From the NCBI GenBank assembly GCA_947477885.1, contig CANJUD010000008.1, positions 29,569 through 93,568 of the forward strand: a stretch of 64,000 nt of DNA, given 5' to 3'. A model generated the notes under the pieces. The model saw only the letters and a list, made by a program, of their open reading frames with translations. It made no database searches and was not told the origin of the DNA. Both the position numbers and the translations under genes were made by a program. The stretch comes from Bacteroidota bacterium (GTDB lineage: Bacteria > Bacteroidota > Bacteroidia > UKL13-3). Positions 30,426 through 40,895 of the stretch are shown here, one piece after another; within the stretch, counting starts at the first letter, position 1; every line of letters begins with the position of its first letter.

Positions 30426-32072
30426 ATGAAAAAAATCCTACTAATTTTAGCTGTGGTAATTAGCACGTTTGCTAGTGCACAGTATGTAACAACAATGGCC
30501 GGCAAGCCAACCAAAGCTGGTTGGAACGGAGGATCGGCCAAATTAACTGATGCTGAATTTACTGACCCATATGGCCTTGTAGTAGATGCAAGCGGCAATA
30601 TATGGGTAGCTGAATATGGCGGATGTCGTATCCGTATGATAACAGGCGATTTACAATCTATATATACCCGTTCAGGACCTCTTACCGACCCTGCGCAAGC
30701 TCCCGGATATGTTAATTCGTCAGCGAGTAACGCAAGATATAATGGATGTAGTGGCATTGATATGGGAGCAGATGGTGCTTTATATATTGCCGACCGCGAC
30801 AACCATTGCATACGTAAGTTAGATAAATTTATGAATATTGGTCAAACACAAGCTGTTAACTTACTTGCAGGTTCTGAGAGCCAAACCCCTGGCTATATTA
30901 ATGGTATTGGCAATGCAGCTCAATTTACCAGCCCAACCGATGTGGCAGTTGATAAAAACAACAATGTATACGTTGCTGACTTAGCTAACAACTGTATTCG
31001 TAAAATCACACCAGCAGGTGTAGTTACTTTATTTGCGGGGACCCCTGGTACAACTGGCGGTTTTGCTGATGGTGCTGCTACCTCTGCTAAATTTGATTTA
31101 CCAAAAGGTATTTGTTATGACAAAACCAATGATGTATTATATGTTGCCGATTTAAATAATTCAAGAATCCGTAAAATTATTATATCAACTGGCGTTGTAA
31201 GTACAATTGCCGGCTCAGGAAATTCAGGTAATGCGGATGGCAATGCCCTATCAGCCGAAATTACCAACCCAGTAGATATAAGTCTCGATGGTAGTGGAGG
31301 AATGTTCATTATTGACGGAAATGGTTCAAGCATGATTAGATATTTATCGAATGGCAAGGTAACAACAGTAGCTGGTGATTATCAATACCAAGGCCATAAA
31401 GACACAGTTGCTGATAAAGCTTGGTTCGATCAACCTGCAAGTATTTCATATATCCCAAGTCAGAAAATTGCTTATTTAACTGATCAAAATAACCATTGTA
31501 TTCGTAAAATAGATTTGAAACCTACTGTTAATTTTAAAGCAGATAAATTAACTCCTGCAAAATTGACTGATGTGAACTTTACTAATTTAACTCCCAATCA
31601 ATCTAGTGTAAGCTCTTTCCTTTGGACAGTAAGCGGCGTAGAAGGTACAGACTTTAACTTAAACGGTGGTAAATTAACCGATGCGAATATCAAACTGCAA
31701 TTCCTTAAAAATGGTTTATATACTGTTTCCTTGCAAGCAACCAATTCATTTGGAACAGGGACCATCACTAAAACAAATTATATAAATGTAGGAAATGTTA
31801 ATGGTATTGAGCCACTAGTTGCTGCATCATTTGGTGTGTTCCCCAACCCTTCTAACGATGGAAACATTATTATAGAGAATAATCAAAATATCAATATAAA
31901 TACATTATTGGTAAGTGATATGACTGGCAAAACTGTATATTGGGATTACAATAATCCATACTTCAAACAATTCCATTTCGGTATCGGAATTGGTCATTTG
32001 CCAAAAGGCATGTATGTGATAACGCTGACTGACGGTGTAAGTACTTTCCACCAAAAAGTAGTGTTGCAATAA
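30426..32072 (+). CDS. NHL-repeat beta-propeller + PKD + T9SS CTD secreted protein
   Basis: Signal peptide; A.F..P.....D...N.YVAD..N..IRKI repeats; PKD-like GLYTVSL.ATN..G; VFPNP...GMYVI CTD. Confidence 0.88.
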   Translation: MKKILLILAVVISTFASAQYVTTMAGKPTKAGWNGGSAKLTDAEFTDPYGLVVDASGNIWVAEYGGCRIRMITGDLQSIYTRSGPLTDPAQAPGYVNSSASNARYNGCSGIDMGADGALYIADRDNHCIRKLDKFMNIGQTQAVNLLAGSESQTPGYINGIGNAAQFTSPTDVAVDKNNNVYVADLANNCIRKITPAGVVTLFAGTPGTTGGFADGAATSAKFDLPKGICYDKTNDVLYVADLNNSRIRKIIISTGVVSTIAGSGNSGNADGNALSAEITNPVDISLDGSGGMFIIDGNGSSMIRYLSNGKVTTVAGDYQYQGHKDTVADKAWFDQPASISYIPSQKIAYLTDQNNHCIRKIDLKPTVNFKADKLTPAKLTDVNFTNLTPNQSSVSSFLWTVSGVEGTDFNLNGGKLTDANIKLQFLKNGLYTVSLQATNSFGTGTITKTNYINVGNVNGIEPLVAASFGVFPNPSNDGNIIIENNQNININTLLVSDMTGKTVYWDYNNPYFKQFHFGIGIGHLPKGMYVITLTDGVSTFHQKVVLQ

Positions 32073-32080
32073 GTAAATGA

Positions 32081-32737
32081 ATGAAGTGGCCTAAATGGAA
32101 AATCCTTGTTAAAAACGAAGTACTGGAACAAACCGGCAGCGATAAAAATCCCCATTTGGAGGTGGCTATCGAATATGGCAAAACAGTTTTAAATACAGAG
32201 CACGGAAACTTTTCTTTTGGCAATCTTCATACTGTATTTGATGAAGCATTTAAAAAAATAGAAATAGAAAACAGGCAAATAAACAATTGTTTATTGCTAG
32301 GCTTAGGAGGGGGCAGTGTATTGGATTTGTTAATTAACAAGTTTCAAATACAGTGCCCCTTTTCTGTGGTTGAACATGACGCTAAAGTAGTGGAGCTTGC
32401 CCGCAAATACTTTGGATTGGACAACTATAAAGATATAGAAATAAATATTACAGATGCATTTGAATATGTAAAATCGTGCAATAAAAAGTTCGATTTAATT
32501 ATTATAGATTTATATGATGATTTGAATGTGCCCGAACAAGCACACACCAAAGAATTTGTAATTGATATTAAAAATATTTTGGAAACTAAAGGACTTGCGA
32601 TGTTCAACAAAGTTGTGATTCATAAAATTGAGAAACAACAATATAATAACCTACTAAATAATTTTCTTGAATTCTGCAACTGCAAAACCATTCAAGTATT
32701 GGGCATGAACAATATACTGGTGGCCGAAAAAATATAA
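32081..32737 (+). CDS. Spermidine-synthase-like SAM-dependent methyltransferase
   Basis: LLLGLGGGS, VEHD..VVELARKYF, DAFEYV, FDLIIID. Confidence 0.8.
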   Translation: MKWPKWKILVKNEVLEQTGSDKNPHLEVAIEYGKTVLNTEHGNFSFGNLHTVFDEAFKKIEIENRQINNCLLLGLGGGSVLDLLINKFQIQCPFSVVEHDAKVVELARKYFGLDNYKDIEINITDAFEYVKSCNKKFDLIIIDLYDDLNVPEQAHTKEFVIDIKNILETKGLAMFNKVVIHKIEKQQYNNLLNNFLEFCNCKTIQVLGMNNILVAEKI

Positions 32738-33108
32738 TGGCAAAGCATAACGAAACTGGCAAGTGGGGCGAAGAACAAGCCCATGCATTTATAGCGGAGC
32801 AAAAACCGAATTGGGAGCTATTATATAAAAACTGGAAATACAAAAAGTGTGAAGTCGATATTATATGTAAAGATGCTAAACAAATAGTTTTTGTGGAAGT
32901 GAAAACCCGAACCGGCGATAAATTTGGCCATCCAGAAGAGTCGGTAGGGTATAAAAAGAAAGTAAAATTGGCAGAAGCTGCATCTGCATTTATAGAAGAA
33001 ATAAATCACCAAGGCGAAATAAGATTTGACATTCTATCTATTACTATTAAAAAAAATAATACCGAAATATATCATATAGAAGATGCTTTTTTTCCAGGAT
33101 TAGATTAA
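32737..33108 (+). CDS. yraN: YraN family putative endonuclease
   Basis: HNETGKWGE, EVDII, VFVEVKTR, RFDI, HIEDAF. Confidence 0.93.
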   Translation: MAKHNETGKWGEEQAHAFIAEQKPNWELLYKNWKYKKCEVDIICKDAKQIVFVEVKTRTGDKFGHPEESVGYKKKVKLAEAASAFIEEINHQGEIRFDILSITIKKNNTEIYHIEDAFFPGLD

Positions 33109-33120
33109 TTTAATTATTAT

Positions 33121-34116
33121 ATGTCTGCTATTTCTATATATAATATCGATAAGTTTATTGAATTGGATATACCCACCATCGATGTTCGCAGCGAGGGCGA
33201 ATACGAGCAAGGACATATTGTAGGTGCTAATAATATCCCTATACTCAATAATGATGAACGAAGGCAAGTGGGTATTTGCTATAAACAAAAAGGCAATAAT
33301 GAAGCTGTGCTTTTGGGATACCAATTGGTTGAACATAAATTTAAAGATTATATAAAAAAAGCTATTGAAATAGCTCCCAATAAAACGATAGCAGTGTATT
33401 GCTTTCGTGGAGGGCAGAGAAGTGGCATTATGAGCGACCTGTTGCATCATGCGGGGCTAACTGTTATCAAACTGCAAGGAGGCTATAAATCCTATCGAAG
33501 ATATGCATTAAACACCTTAACCATTCCTAAAAATTTAATGATACTCGGTGGATATACGGGCTCGCAAAAAACTGAAAAACTCCACGAACTCAAATTGAGT
33601 GGCCAACAAGTAATAGACCTAGAAATGCTTGCCAACCATAAAGGTTCTGCATTTGGTGGAATTGGTGAAGAACCTCAACCTACTAACGAACAATTTGAAA
33701 ACCTACTTGCTGATGAATGGCGAAAAATTGACCCCCTAAAGCCATTATGGCTTGAAGATGAGAGCAGTAGAATTGGAAGAATCAATATACCTAAAAGTAT
33801 ATATATACAAATGCGTGAAAGTAGCATGGTGAAAATGATAGTAGATAAAATAAAACGCATTGATTATATATTATCCAGCTATGGCAAAATGCCTATTGAC
33901 AAATTACATGAAGCAACTCAAAAATTGGAACGCCGATTGGGGAACGAACAATGCAATGCCGCGTTAACCTATTTGCAAAATGGAGAACTGAGGGAATGGC
34001 TATATATTATATTGAAGTACTATGATAAAACATATGAATATGGAAATTCACTAAGAGACCAAAGCAAGATAGAAACTTTATCTGAAGCTGAATTTTATAA
34101 GAAATATAAAGCATAA
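33121..34116 (+). CDS. mnmH: tRNA 2-selenouridine synthase (SelU/MnmH)
   Basis: Rhodanese domain DVRS..EY..GHI.GA, VYCFRGGQRS, GGYKSYR; P-loop GYTGSQKT; DLE.LANHKGSAFG; EDES.RIG. Confidence 0.93.
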   Translation: MSAISIYNIDKFIELDIPTIDVRSEGEYEQGHIVGANNIPILNNDERRQVGICYKQKGNNEAVLLGYQLVEHKFKDYIKKAIEIAPNKTIAVYCFRGGQRSGIMSDLLHHAGLTVIKLQGGYKSYRRYALNTLTIPKNLMILGGYTGSQKTEKLHELKLSGQQVIDLEMLANHKGSAFGGIGEEPQPTNEQFENLLADEWRKIDPLKPLWLEDESSRIGRINIPKSIYIQMRESSMVKMIVDKIKRIDYILSSYGKMPIDKLHEATQKLERRLGNEQCNAALTYLQNGELREWLYIILKYYDKTYEYGNSLRDQSKIETLSEAEFYKKYKA

Positions 34117-34149
34117 AAAAAACCGTCCCAGTTATTGAGACGGTTTTTT
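34115..34149. terminator. Bidirectional rho-independent terminator
   Basis: aaaaaaccgtccca-gttat-tgagacggtttttt stem-loop (one mismatch) between convergent genes. Confidence 0.85.
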
Positions 34150-34165
34150 ATTTATTAAAAGATTA

Positions 34166-35611
34166 TTATTTGCTTACTACAAAACGCTGTGTGGTGCTAA
34201 ATCCATTCATGTTTAATGTGTAGTAATATACGCCGCTATTTAAGTCGCTGGTAGTTATATCAACACCGTTAACACCTTGTGCAAATTGACCGTTAGCAAT
34301 AGTTTTAACTACTTGGCCAAGGTTATTATAGATGCTGATATTGATGTTAGAAGTTTTAGCAAGTTCAAAAGGAATACGTACAATCTGACCGTTTGAAGGG
34401 TTAGGATAAGCCTCGCCCAATCTGAATCCTTTGTTTTCCAAATCAGCAATGCCCAAGTTCTTACATGAAACATAATAACGAAATACTGGGAATACAGGCA
34501 CACGCTCAGTACCTTGACTACGCGTATATATTAAAGTACCGGGAAAGTACATATCATGCAAACTTGTTGGAGGATATGAATCATAAAGTAAGCCTTCCAT
34601 GATGAATAACCCATTTTGATAAACCTTGTCGTTTTTAATGGGGATATTGGTATTGTCTTCAAACACGCGGGTTTGATCGTAAACAAATTTATAATAGAAC
34701 TGATTAAAACGATTGGCTATCGGAGCACCGTTAAATGAATCGGCTCCCAATGAATCGAATGGGGCTGTTTTGTTGTGCGAAGTTCCTGGCTCATATTTAG
34801 CCACTACTGCTGAACCCTGTCCGCTATTGGTATTAACTTGTTTGTTAACTACTAAAGTAAGCCAACGAGCATCATCTACTGAACTCGTGTCGCTTGAAGT
34901 TAAATCAAAAGTTTTTTCTACTGTAGCATTAGGTGCTGTATTGGTAGTATGGTCATAATTAGGGATACCTACTTCTGGGTATTCAGGTTTTGGGCCTCCT
35001 GCACTGCCAAAGCCACTTTTGTATTTAAAGTTACTATTGTTCAAATATTGCATAGTAACATGGTCGTTCACTGCTGCATCTGAACTTCTAATATACCAGT
35101 ATGGAAATTGAATAGAATCGATAGTATATATATTATACCTTCCTAACTGGAAATAATCTTGATTGGGAGATAAACTCCAAGCTAATGAGCGAGCATCAAA
35201 TGTAAAACCTACATTGAAGCTATAAGCCATGGCACCGTTGCTCACGTCTTGAGCGTAATCATTAAAGCTCCAAGCCGTATCGGAGGTTTGCGCAAAGTCT
35301 TTTGAAACAATTGTAAACGCAGTATCGGGCAACATCATCACTGCTTGTGTAAATGTTGGTTGTGCGGTACTTTGCTGATCGTAGTCGATAATGGCTTGTT
35401 TATAATCATACAAACCACTTACCATAGCAGCATTGGTTTTATTAGATACCACTACTTGCTTTTTTGTGGACTGGTTCACAATAAGTTTTGAATTGGCACG
35501 AGCGGTTTTTAGTGGATTAAAATCTATCGTTTTGATAGGGCTTTGCGAAGTTTGGGCTTGAGCAAATATAGCTGTTCCCAATAGCATTAAAATTAAGTAA
35601 CCTTTTTTCAT
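34166..35611 (-). CDS. Secreted protein with T9SS type A CTD, unknown N-terminal domain
   Basis: Signal peptide ending AQA; AYPNP...IYNNLGQ...SGVYYYTL...RFVV. Confidence 0.85.
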   Translation of the reverse strand: MKKGYLILMLLGTAIFAQAQTSQSPIKTIDFNPLKTARANSKLIVNQSTKKQVVVSNKTNAAMVSGLYDYKQAIIDYDQQSTAQPTFTQAVMMLPDTAFTIVSKDFAQTSDTAWSFNDYAQDVSNGAMAYSFNVGFTFDARSLAWSLSPNQDYFQLGRYNIYTIDSIQFPYWYIRSSDAAVNDHVTMQYLNNSNFKYKSGFGSAGGPKPEYPEVGIPNYDHTTNTAPNATVEKTFDLTSSDTSSVDDARWLTLVVNKQVNTNSGQGSAVVAKYEPGTSHNKTAPFDSLGADSFNGAPIANRFNQFYYKFVYDQTRVFEDNTNIPIKNDKVYQNGLFIMEGLLYDSYPPTSLHDMYFPGTLIYTRSQGTERVPVFPVFRYYVSCKNLGIADLENKGFRLGEAYPNPSNGQIVRIPFELAKTSNINISIYNNLGQVVKTIANGQFAQGVNGVDITTSDLNSGVYYYTLNMNGFSTTQRFVVSK

Positions 35612-35721
35612 TTTGTTTTTTTTTTGATTGATTATTTTGGCTTCAAAAATAAGTGATTTTTTTATGTAATCAAATAATTAACTCTTTTTATTACAAAATA
35701 GTTGCACGGGGCAAAAAATAA

Positions 35722-38097
35722 TTATTCCAAATCAATCACTGTTACTGCATCTCCGCCAAATTCAGGGGCTTCGTCCTGCAAATTCTTAACTGCCCTTATT
35801 TTTTTTAGTTCGCTCCTGATAAGTCTTTTAAGTATGCCTGCTCCCCTGCCATGCACTATGCGTACCCGCGAAAAATTGAGCATGATGGCCTCATCCAAAA
35901 AATGCATTACCTCTTGCATAGCCTCTTCTCCCCGCTTGCCTATTACATTTATCTCGGCATTAAAATGAGCTAACTTCTCATTCAAGTCCACTCCATTATT
36001 ATGACGTTTGAGAAGTTGGGATGATTTCTCTTCTTCAGGGGCCAGTTCCAATCTGTCCATATCAACCCAGGTTTTAATATTGCCCATCATCACCTCTACC
36101 TTGTTCTTTTTGATGGCCGATACTTCAACTATTGTTTGACTGTCTGGCATCTTCACTTTGCTGCCGATTAGAATTTTTAAATCGCTACTCGATAATTTAA
36201 TATCAGCTTGTTCTTCAGGCATCAGATTCAAAACCATTTCATCCAGATTCTTTCTCACAGATTTTGTGACTTCATTGCTTGCTTTATTTTCTTTGATCAA
36301 TTTAATGGTTTGCTCAATTTCCTTGTTCGCATTTTTAAGCAATTGCAATGCTTCGTTTTTGGCCTTTGAAATAATCTCTGATTTTGTTTTTGATAATTCA
36401 TTGCTCTGCTCTTCAAACTTTGTTTGCTTCTCAACAGATTTTTGCATCTGACTTTCCAAATCTTTTTTCAGATTTTTTATATATGTTTTTTCTCTTTCAA
36501 GTTCTATAATAAGTTTTTCAACCTGATTATGTTTGTTCCCCGATTTTTGTATTGCTTTTTGTATTATATCTTTGTCAAGACCTGTCTTTTGTGCTATCTC
36601 GAAGGTATAGCTGCTACCGGGCACGCCAGGTTCAAATTGGAATAAAGGAGCCAATTCTTTGCTATCGAACAACATACTTCCATTATATACACCATGCAGA
36701 TGTTGGGCAAGGATTTTTAAATTACTAAAATGTGTTGTTATAATACCATAAGCAAATTTCCGGTTCAATGCTTCTAATATTGCCTCAGCCATGGGGCCGC
36801 CCAATTGAGGGTCGGTGCCTGTTCCAAATTCATCAATTAAAAACAAAGTTTTTGAATGGGCAAATGTGGTAAAATGTTTCATATTCAACAAATGACTACT
36901 ATAAGTACTCAAATCATTTTCTATACTTTGCTGGTCGCCAATATCTATATATATCTGTTTAAACATGCCCATCTCACTGCCATCTTTGCAGGGCACTGGC
37001 AATCCATGCTGAAACATCATTTGTATCAATCCCACCGTTTTTAATAATACTGATTTTCCTCCCGCATTCGGTCCTGATATAACCACAATTCTTTTATCCC
37101 TATCCAATTCTATTGAAAGGGGAACTACTTGTTTCTTTTGCTTTTTTAAACTTATATATAATAGCGGATGCCGCGCATTCACTAATTTGAGTATCGGCTT
37201 ATCATGTATCTGTGGAGTTATACACTTTAACTCAATACTTAGCAATGCTTTTGCTCTGATAAAATCGAACATGCCCAATCTATCGCAACATACAGACAAC
37301 TCTGAAACATGCGGCATCACTAGGCTGGTAAGCTCTATCAGAATTTTTCGTATCTCTTTTTTCTTTTCATGATGCAGTTCAATGGTATAATTGTTCAGCT
37401 CAAAAATTTCACCCGGTTCTATATATAATGTTTGCCCCGTTGCCGATTCATCATGCACAATTCCGGGAATTTTTCTTTTATGTTCTGGAAATACTGCCAC
37501 CACTAATCTATCATTACGAATTGTGATAGTTGTTTCAGGTCCCCAATTATTTTCCGTAATATTTTTTGCTATGCTATTTATCCGTTTTCTAACCAAGTTT
37601 TCATTGGCAGAGATCTTACTATATAAGCCTTCCAACTCTTTGCTGGCATTGGGTTTCATCAGCCCGTTCACATCTATTTTGGTATTGATGGCATGGGTAA
37701 TATCATTAAACTGGTGCAGTCCCTCTGTTATCTTATATAACTCCGCAAATTGCTCTTCTTTTCCTTTAAAAAAATGTATAATACGATTCACTGTACTCAA
37801 CATATTTCGCAGCTCGTGCAACTCGTGTTCGCTGAGGTGAGCACCTTCAATATTTGCTTTGCTTATATATTCTTTTATGGGCAAATAATGTTCTGTAGGA
37901 AATACTAGAGCCGTACTAATAATCTCTACAAACTCATCGGTCTGCTTCAGCAATTTAGTAATCAATTTCGCATCGGATGTATACCGCATCTTTTGCACAT
38001 AGCCCTCCCCCATCGTGCTGATACACTTAGCCGCTAGCAGCGCACGTATCTGGTCGAAGCCAGTTTTTTGTTCAATATTTTCGGGATATAGACTCAT
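35722..38097 (-). CDS. mutS2: MutS2 family protein with C-terminal Smr domain
   Basis: HDESATGQTLYIEP, SGPNAGGKS, DIGDQQSIENDLSTYSSH, DEFGTGTDP, IVHGRGAG, GGDAVT. Confidence 0.95.
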   Translation of the reverse strand: MSLYPENIEQKTGFDQIRALLAAKCISTMGEGYVQKMRYTSDAKLITKLLKQTDEFVEIISTALVFPTEHYLPIKEYISKANIEGAHLSEHELHELRNMLSTVNRIIHFFKGKEEQFAELYKITEGLHQFNDITHAINTKIDVNGLMKPNASKELEGLYSKISANENLVRKRINSIAKNITENNWGPETTITIRNDRLVVAVFPEHKRKIPGIVHDESATGQTLYIEPGEIFELNNYTIELHHEKKKEIRKILIELTSLVMPHVSELSVCCDRLGMFDFIRAKALLSIELKCITPQIHDKPILKLVNARHPLLYISLKKQKKQVVPLSIELDRDKRIVVISGPNAGGKSVLLKTVGLIQMMFQHGLPVPCKDGSEMGMFKQIYIDIGDQQSIENDLSTYSSHLLNMKHFTTFAHSKTLFLIDEFGTGTDPQLGGPMAEAILEALNRKFAYGIITTHFSNLKILAQHLHGVYNGSMLFDSKELAPLFQFEPGVPGSSYTFEIAQKTGLDKDIIQKAIQKSGNKHNQVEKLIIELEREKTYIKNLKKDLESQMQKSVEKQTKFEEQSNELSKTKSEIISKAKNEALQLLKNANKEIEQTIKLIKENKASNEVTKSVRKNLDEMVLNLMPEEQADIKLSSSDLKILIGSKVKMPDSQTIVEVSAIKKNKVEVMMGNIKTWVDMDRLELAPEEEKSSQLLKRHNNGVDLNEKLAHFNAEINVIGKRGEEAMQEVMHFLDEAIMLNFSRVRIVHGRGAGILKRLIRSELKKIRAVKNLQDEAPEFGGDAVTVIDLE

Positions 38098-38134
38098 AAT
38101 TGGGGCTGCAAAAATATAGGGTTTTTGTGGAGGA

Positions 38135-38154
38135 TGGTTCGACTGCGCTCACCA
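38135..38154. repeat. Family B REP-like hairpin (reverse orientation)
   Basis: tggttcgactgcgctcacca, the reverse complement of tggtgagcgcagtcgaacca. Confidence 0.6.
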
Positions 38155-38338
38155 CCACAACTTAAGACATTATAACAGTTTGAGAGCAAGAGAATAGGGG
38201 AAGATTGCGTCAGCCCCCCGAATCCAGAATCCAGAAACCGCTTCGGTTCAAGCTTCGTAATCCCGCCCCCCTATTCCCATTTTCCAAATCCCAAATTCTC
38301 CCCTACTTTTGTCTCGGGCAATTTTTACTATTTGGGGC

Positions 38339-38881
38339 TTGAGGAAATTTTACAAGTTAAAACTATGGACATTGATGATGGCGTTAACAGCTATGGTCGT
38401 GTTTCCTGTGTTCGATGCTATAGCCCAGCAAGAGATTGACTACACCCTGCACGCCAAATTTATTTATCACTTTACCAAGTATATCCAATGGCCTGAAGAA
38501 AAAAGGACAGGCAATTTTGTAGTAGGTGTGGCAGGCAATGATGACGTTTATGCTGCCATGGATAGAATTGCTCAAATAAAAAAAATAAAAGGACAAAAAC
38601 TGGTGGTGCTAAAAATTAAAAATACCGACGATCCATCTAACTGCCACATTCTGTTTGTAGGTAAAGCGAAAAATTCCGCTTTGCCAGGATTTGTGCTAAG
38701 GATTGCAAATAAAGCAGTATTAATCATCACTGAAAAAAGCGGCTCAACCAGACAAGGTTCTGATATAAACTTTGTAATTAAAGATAATAACCTTAATTTT
38801 GAACTTAATTCGGCAGGTGTGTCCGGTAAAGGGATGGCAATATCTGGCGAATTAAGAAACCTTGCACTAAGAAATGAATAA
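38339..38881 (+). CDS. YfiR/HmsC family (DUF4154) periplasmic protein
   Basis: AKFIYHFTKYIQWP, CHILFV, VLIITE, INFV....L.FELN, ISGEL.NLA. The TACTTTTG box at 38304-38311 implies a start at TTG 38339. Confidence 0.9.
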   Translation: MRKFYKLKLWTLMMALTAMVVFPVFDAIAQQEIDYTLHAKFIYHFTKYIQWPEEKRTGNFVVGVAGNDDVYAAMDRIAQIKKIKGQKLVVLKIKNTDDPSNCHILFVGKAKNSALPGFVLRIANKAVLIITEKSGSTRQGSDINFVIKDNNLNFELNSAGVSGKGMAISGELRNLALRNE

Positions 38882-40883
38882 ACTTTACAGTCTAATATTC
38901 CTGCTACTTATATTGGGCTTAAGTCGTGCACAAGCTCAAATTGACACCAACGAGTTTAAGGAATTGGACGAGATTGATATATATAGTTTGCTTAAAGAGT
39001 CTGTATTTAAAAAAGTGGTGGTGCGGTTTGAAGAATCTCCAGGTAATCTCACTGAAATAAGTCATGAAGAATTTGCCAATCGTGGTGCCCGCGACCTAAT
39101 GGATGTGATGCGTATGATACCTGGATTTGAGTTTGCACAAAATATTAATGGCCAAATAGGAATGGGCTACCAAGGTATGTGGGCTCAACAAAATAAAATT
39201 ACGATATTGATTGACAATGTGGCCATGAACGATGGGCTGCAAGGTGGATTTGCTGCAGCACAGCGCATTTCTATTGATATGATAGAGAAGATACAAATTG
39301 TAAAAGGTGCAGGCTCTATCCAATTCCAAGGAGCAAATACAATGACCACAATCAATATTATAACACGTAGTGGAGACAAAATGGGAGGAGCAAGAATCGC
39401 ACTAAGCAATGGCACCTTCGATTCCACCTTTGCCCGCCGAGGTATATCGCTGGTGATGGGAGACAATCTGGGGAAAAACAAATACTGGAGTGTGATTGGA
39501 AGTTATAATAGTGGCAAAGTAACTAATATTGGCAAAATAAATCCAACAAGTCCCAGCTGGGAGCAGTATTGTAATTTGAGTGACCTATTTCTGTTTGCCA
39601 AACTTAAATTAAATAAATGGGACATTAAATATTTATTGAACAACTATAATAGTCAAGCTAGCATAAGGCAGTCGACAGTGAAAAGTTTGATTCAGAATTT
39701 TCAGGTGAGCAATGAGTTTAAAATTAAGAAAACAGATTTGGCCATTCTCCCTGTTCTAAATTTATCTGCGCAGTTGCCCATGAACTGGATAGTACAAAGC
39801 CTTATGGCAACCGACACCAATAATATGATGCAAACAAAAGCACAGGCACGCTTGATGTTAAAGCATACTTACGAAGATAATAAAATAAAATCACTATCAT
39901 ACTTTGGTATTGATTATAATTGGGAACAAAATACTTTATTGCAACATAAAACAAAATTGAATCCTTATACTTCAACTTCTCTTTATGCTCAGAATGTATT
40001 TCAAAAAAACTTGAGCCGCATATATATAAACAGACTATTGGTTAAAACTGGAATTAAAGCTGATATTCAATCGGGACAAAATATCAATATATCTCCCAAA
40101 ATTGGTATTGAATATTATTATAAGAATTTACAAATTAATGCATTTGCCGGACGCTATGGAATAAACCCCAATAACTATGGCAACTATTTAAATGCGAACT
40201 TAAAGCAAGAACAAATACAATCTGCTCAGTTTAGGGTGAATTATATATTCAAATCGAGTTGCAATATTGCTGCTAATTTGTTTATGAATAAGTCTACCAA
40301 TATGATATCTTTTATGGAAAAGGACTTTAAAGATACGTTTGTCAATATTGCTACGGCTGGTTCTCAGGGTATCGAGTTGGAATTTAATTGGAAGCTGATG
40401 GATGGGCTACATTTCAAATCGTATTATACTTATTTCCAAAAAGCCAACAAAGATTCAAACCAATATTCACTTGAATCGGGCAACAGCGGATTGTTGGGAT
40501 TTGCATCGCACAAACTATATGCATCGCTTCAATACAACTTGGTGAATCATTATTGGATTAATGTTAATGGGCAGTATTATAGTAAAATAACAGGTATCGA
40601 ATCAGGCGACCTTAAGCAGCAAAATCCTTTGCTCATGCTCGACTTGACAATGAGCTATTCGTCGCCCAAAAGCCCTATCGAAGTGCAAACAGGAATATAT
40701 AATATATTGAATCATAATTTCAAATATTTCCAAGCATATAATAACTCAAATAATATCGCAATGGGTATTAACAACCCCGTGCCTGGAGGTGGAAGGGAAT
40801 TGTTCCTCAAAATTATATTTAAACTCAGCTTCTACGACAACGATCACCAATCGTATAATTATTCTAATCCCATCATCTTTTAA
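38874..40883 (+). CDS. TonB-dependent receptor-like outer membrane protein (plug + barrel), short
   Basis: Signal peptide; plug motifs ESP..L..I..EE...RGARDL.DVMR.IPG, ILID, IEKIQIVKG.GS..., INIITR; C-terminal GIYNILN...GRELFL. Confidence 0.85.
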   Translation: MNKLYSLIFLLLILGLSRAQAQIDTNEFKELDEIDIYSLLKESVFKKVVVRFEESPGNLTEISHEEFANRGARDLMDVMRMIPGFEFAQNINGQIGMGYQGMWAQQNKITILIDNVAMNDGLQGGFAAAQRISIDMIEKIQIVKGAGSIQFQGANTMTTINIITRSGDKMGGARIALSNGTFDSTFARRGISLVMGDNLGKNKYWSVIGSYNSGKVTNIGKINPTSPSWEQYCNLSDLFLFAKLKLNKWDIKYLLNNYNSQASIRQSTVKSLIQNFQVSNEFKIKKTDLAILPVLNLSAQLPMNWIVQSLMATDTNNMMQTKAQARLMLKHTYEDNKIKSLSYFGIDYNWEQNTLLQHKTKLNPYTSTSLYAQNVFQKNLSRIYINRLLVKTGIKADIQSGQNINISPKIGIEYYYKNLQINAFAGRYGINPNNYGNYLNANLKQEQIQSAQFRVNYIFKSSCNIAANLFMNKSTNMISFMEKDFKDTFVNIATAGSQGIELEFNWKLMDGLHFKSYYTYFQKANKDSNQYSLESGNSGLLGFASHKLYASLQYNLVNHYWINVNGQYYSKITGIESGDLKQQNPLLMLDLTMSYSSPKSPIEVQTGIYNILNHNFKYFQAYNNSNNIAMGINNPVPGGGRELFLKIIFKLSFYDNDHQSYNYSNPIIF

Positions 40884-40895
40884 ATATCTACTAAT

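Noticed and set aside
35722-38097. Mismatch-repair MutS1
   Set aside because: It lacks the mismatch-binding N-terminus and has an Smr domain, so it is MutS2.
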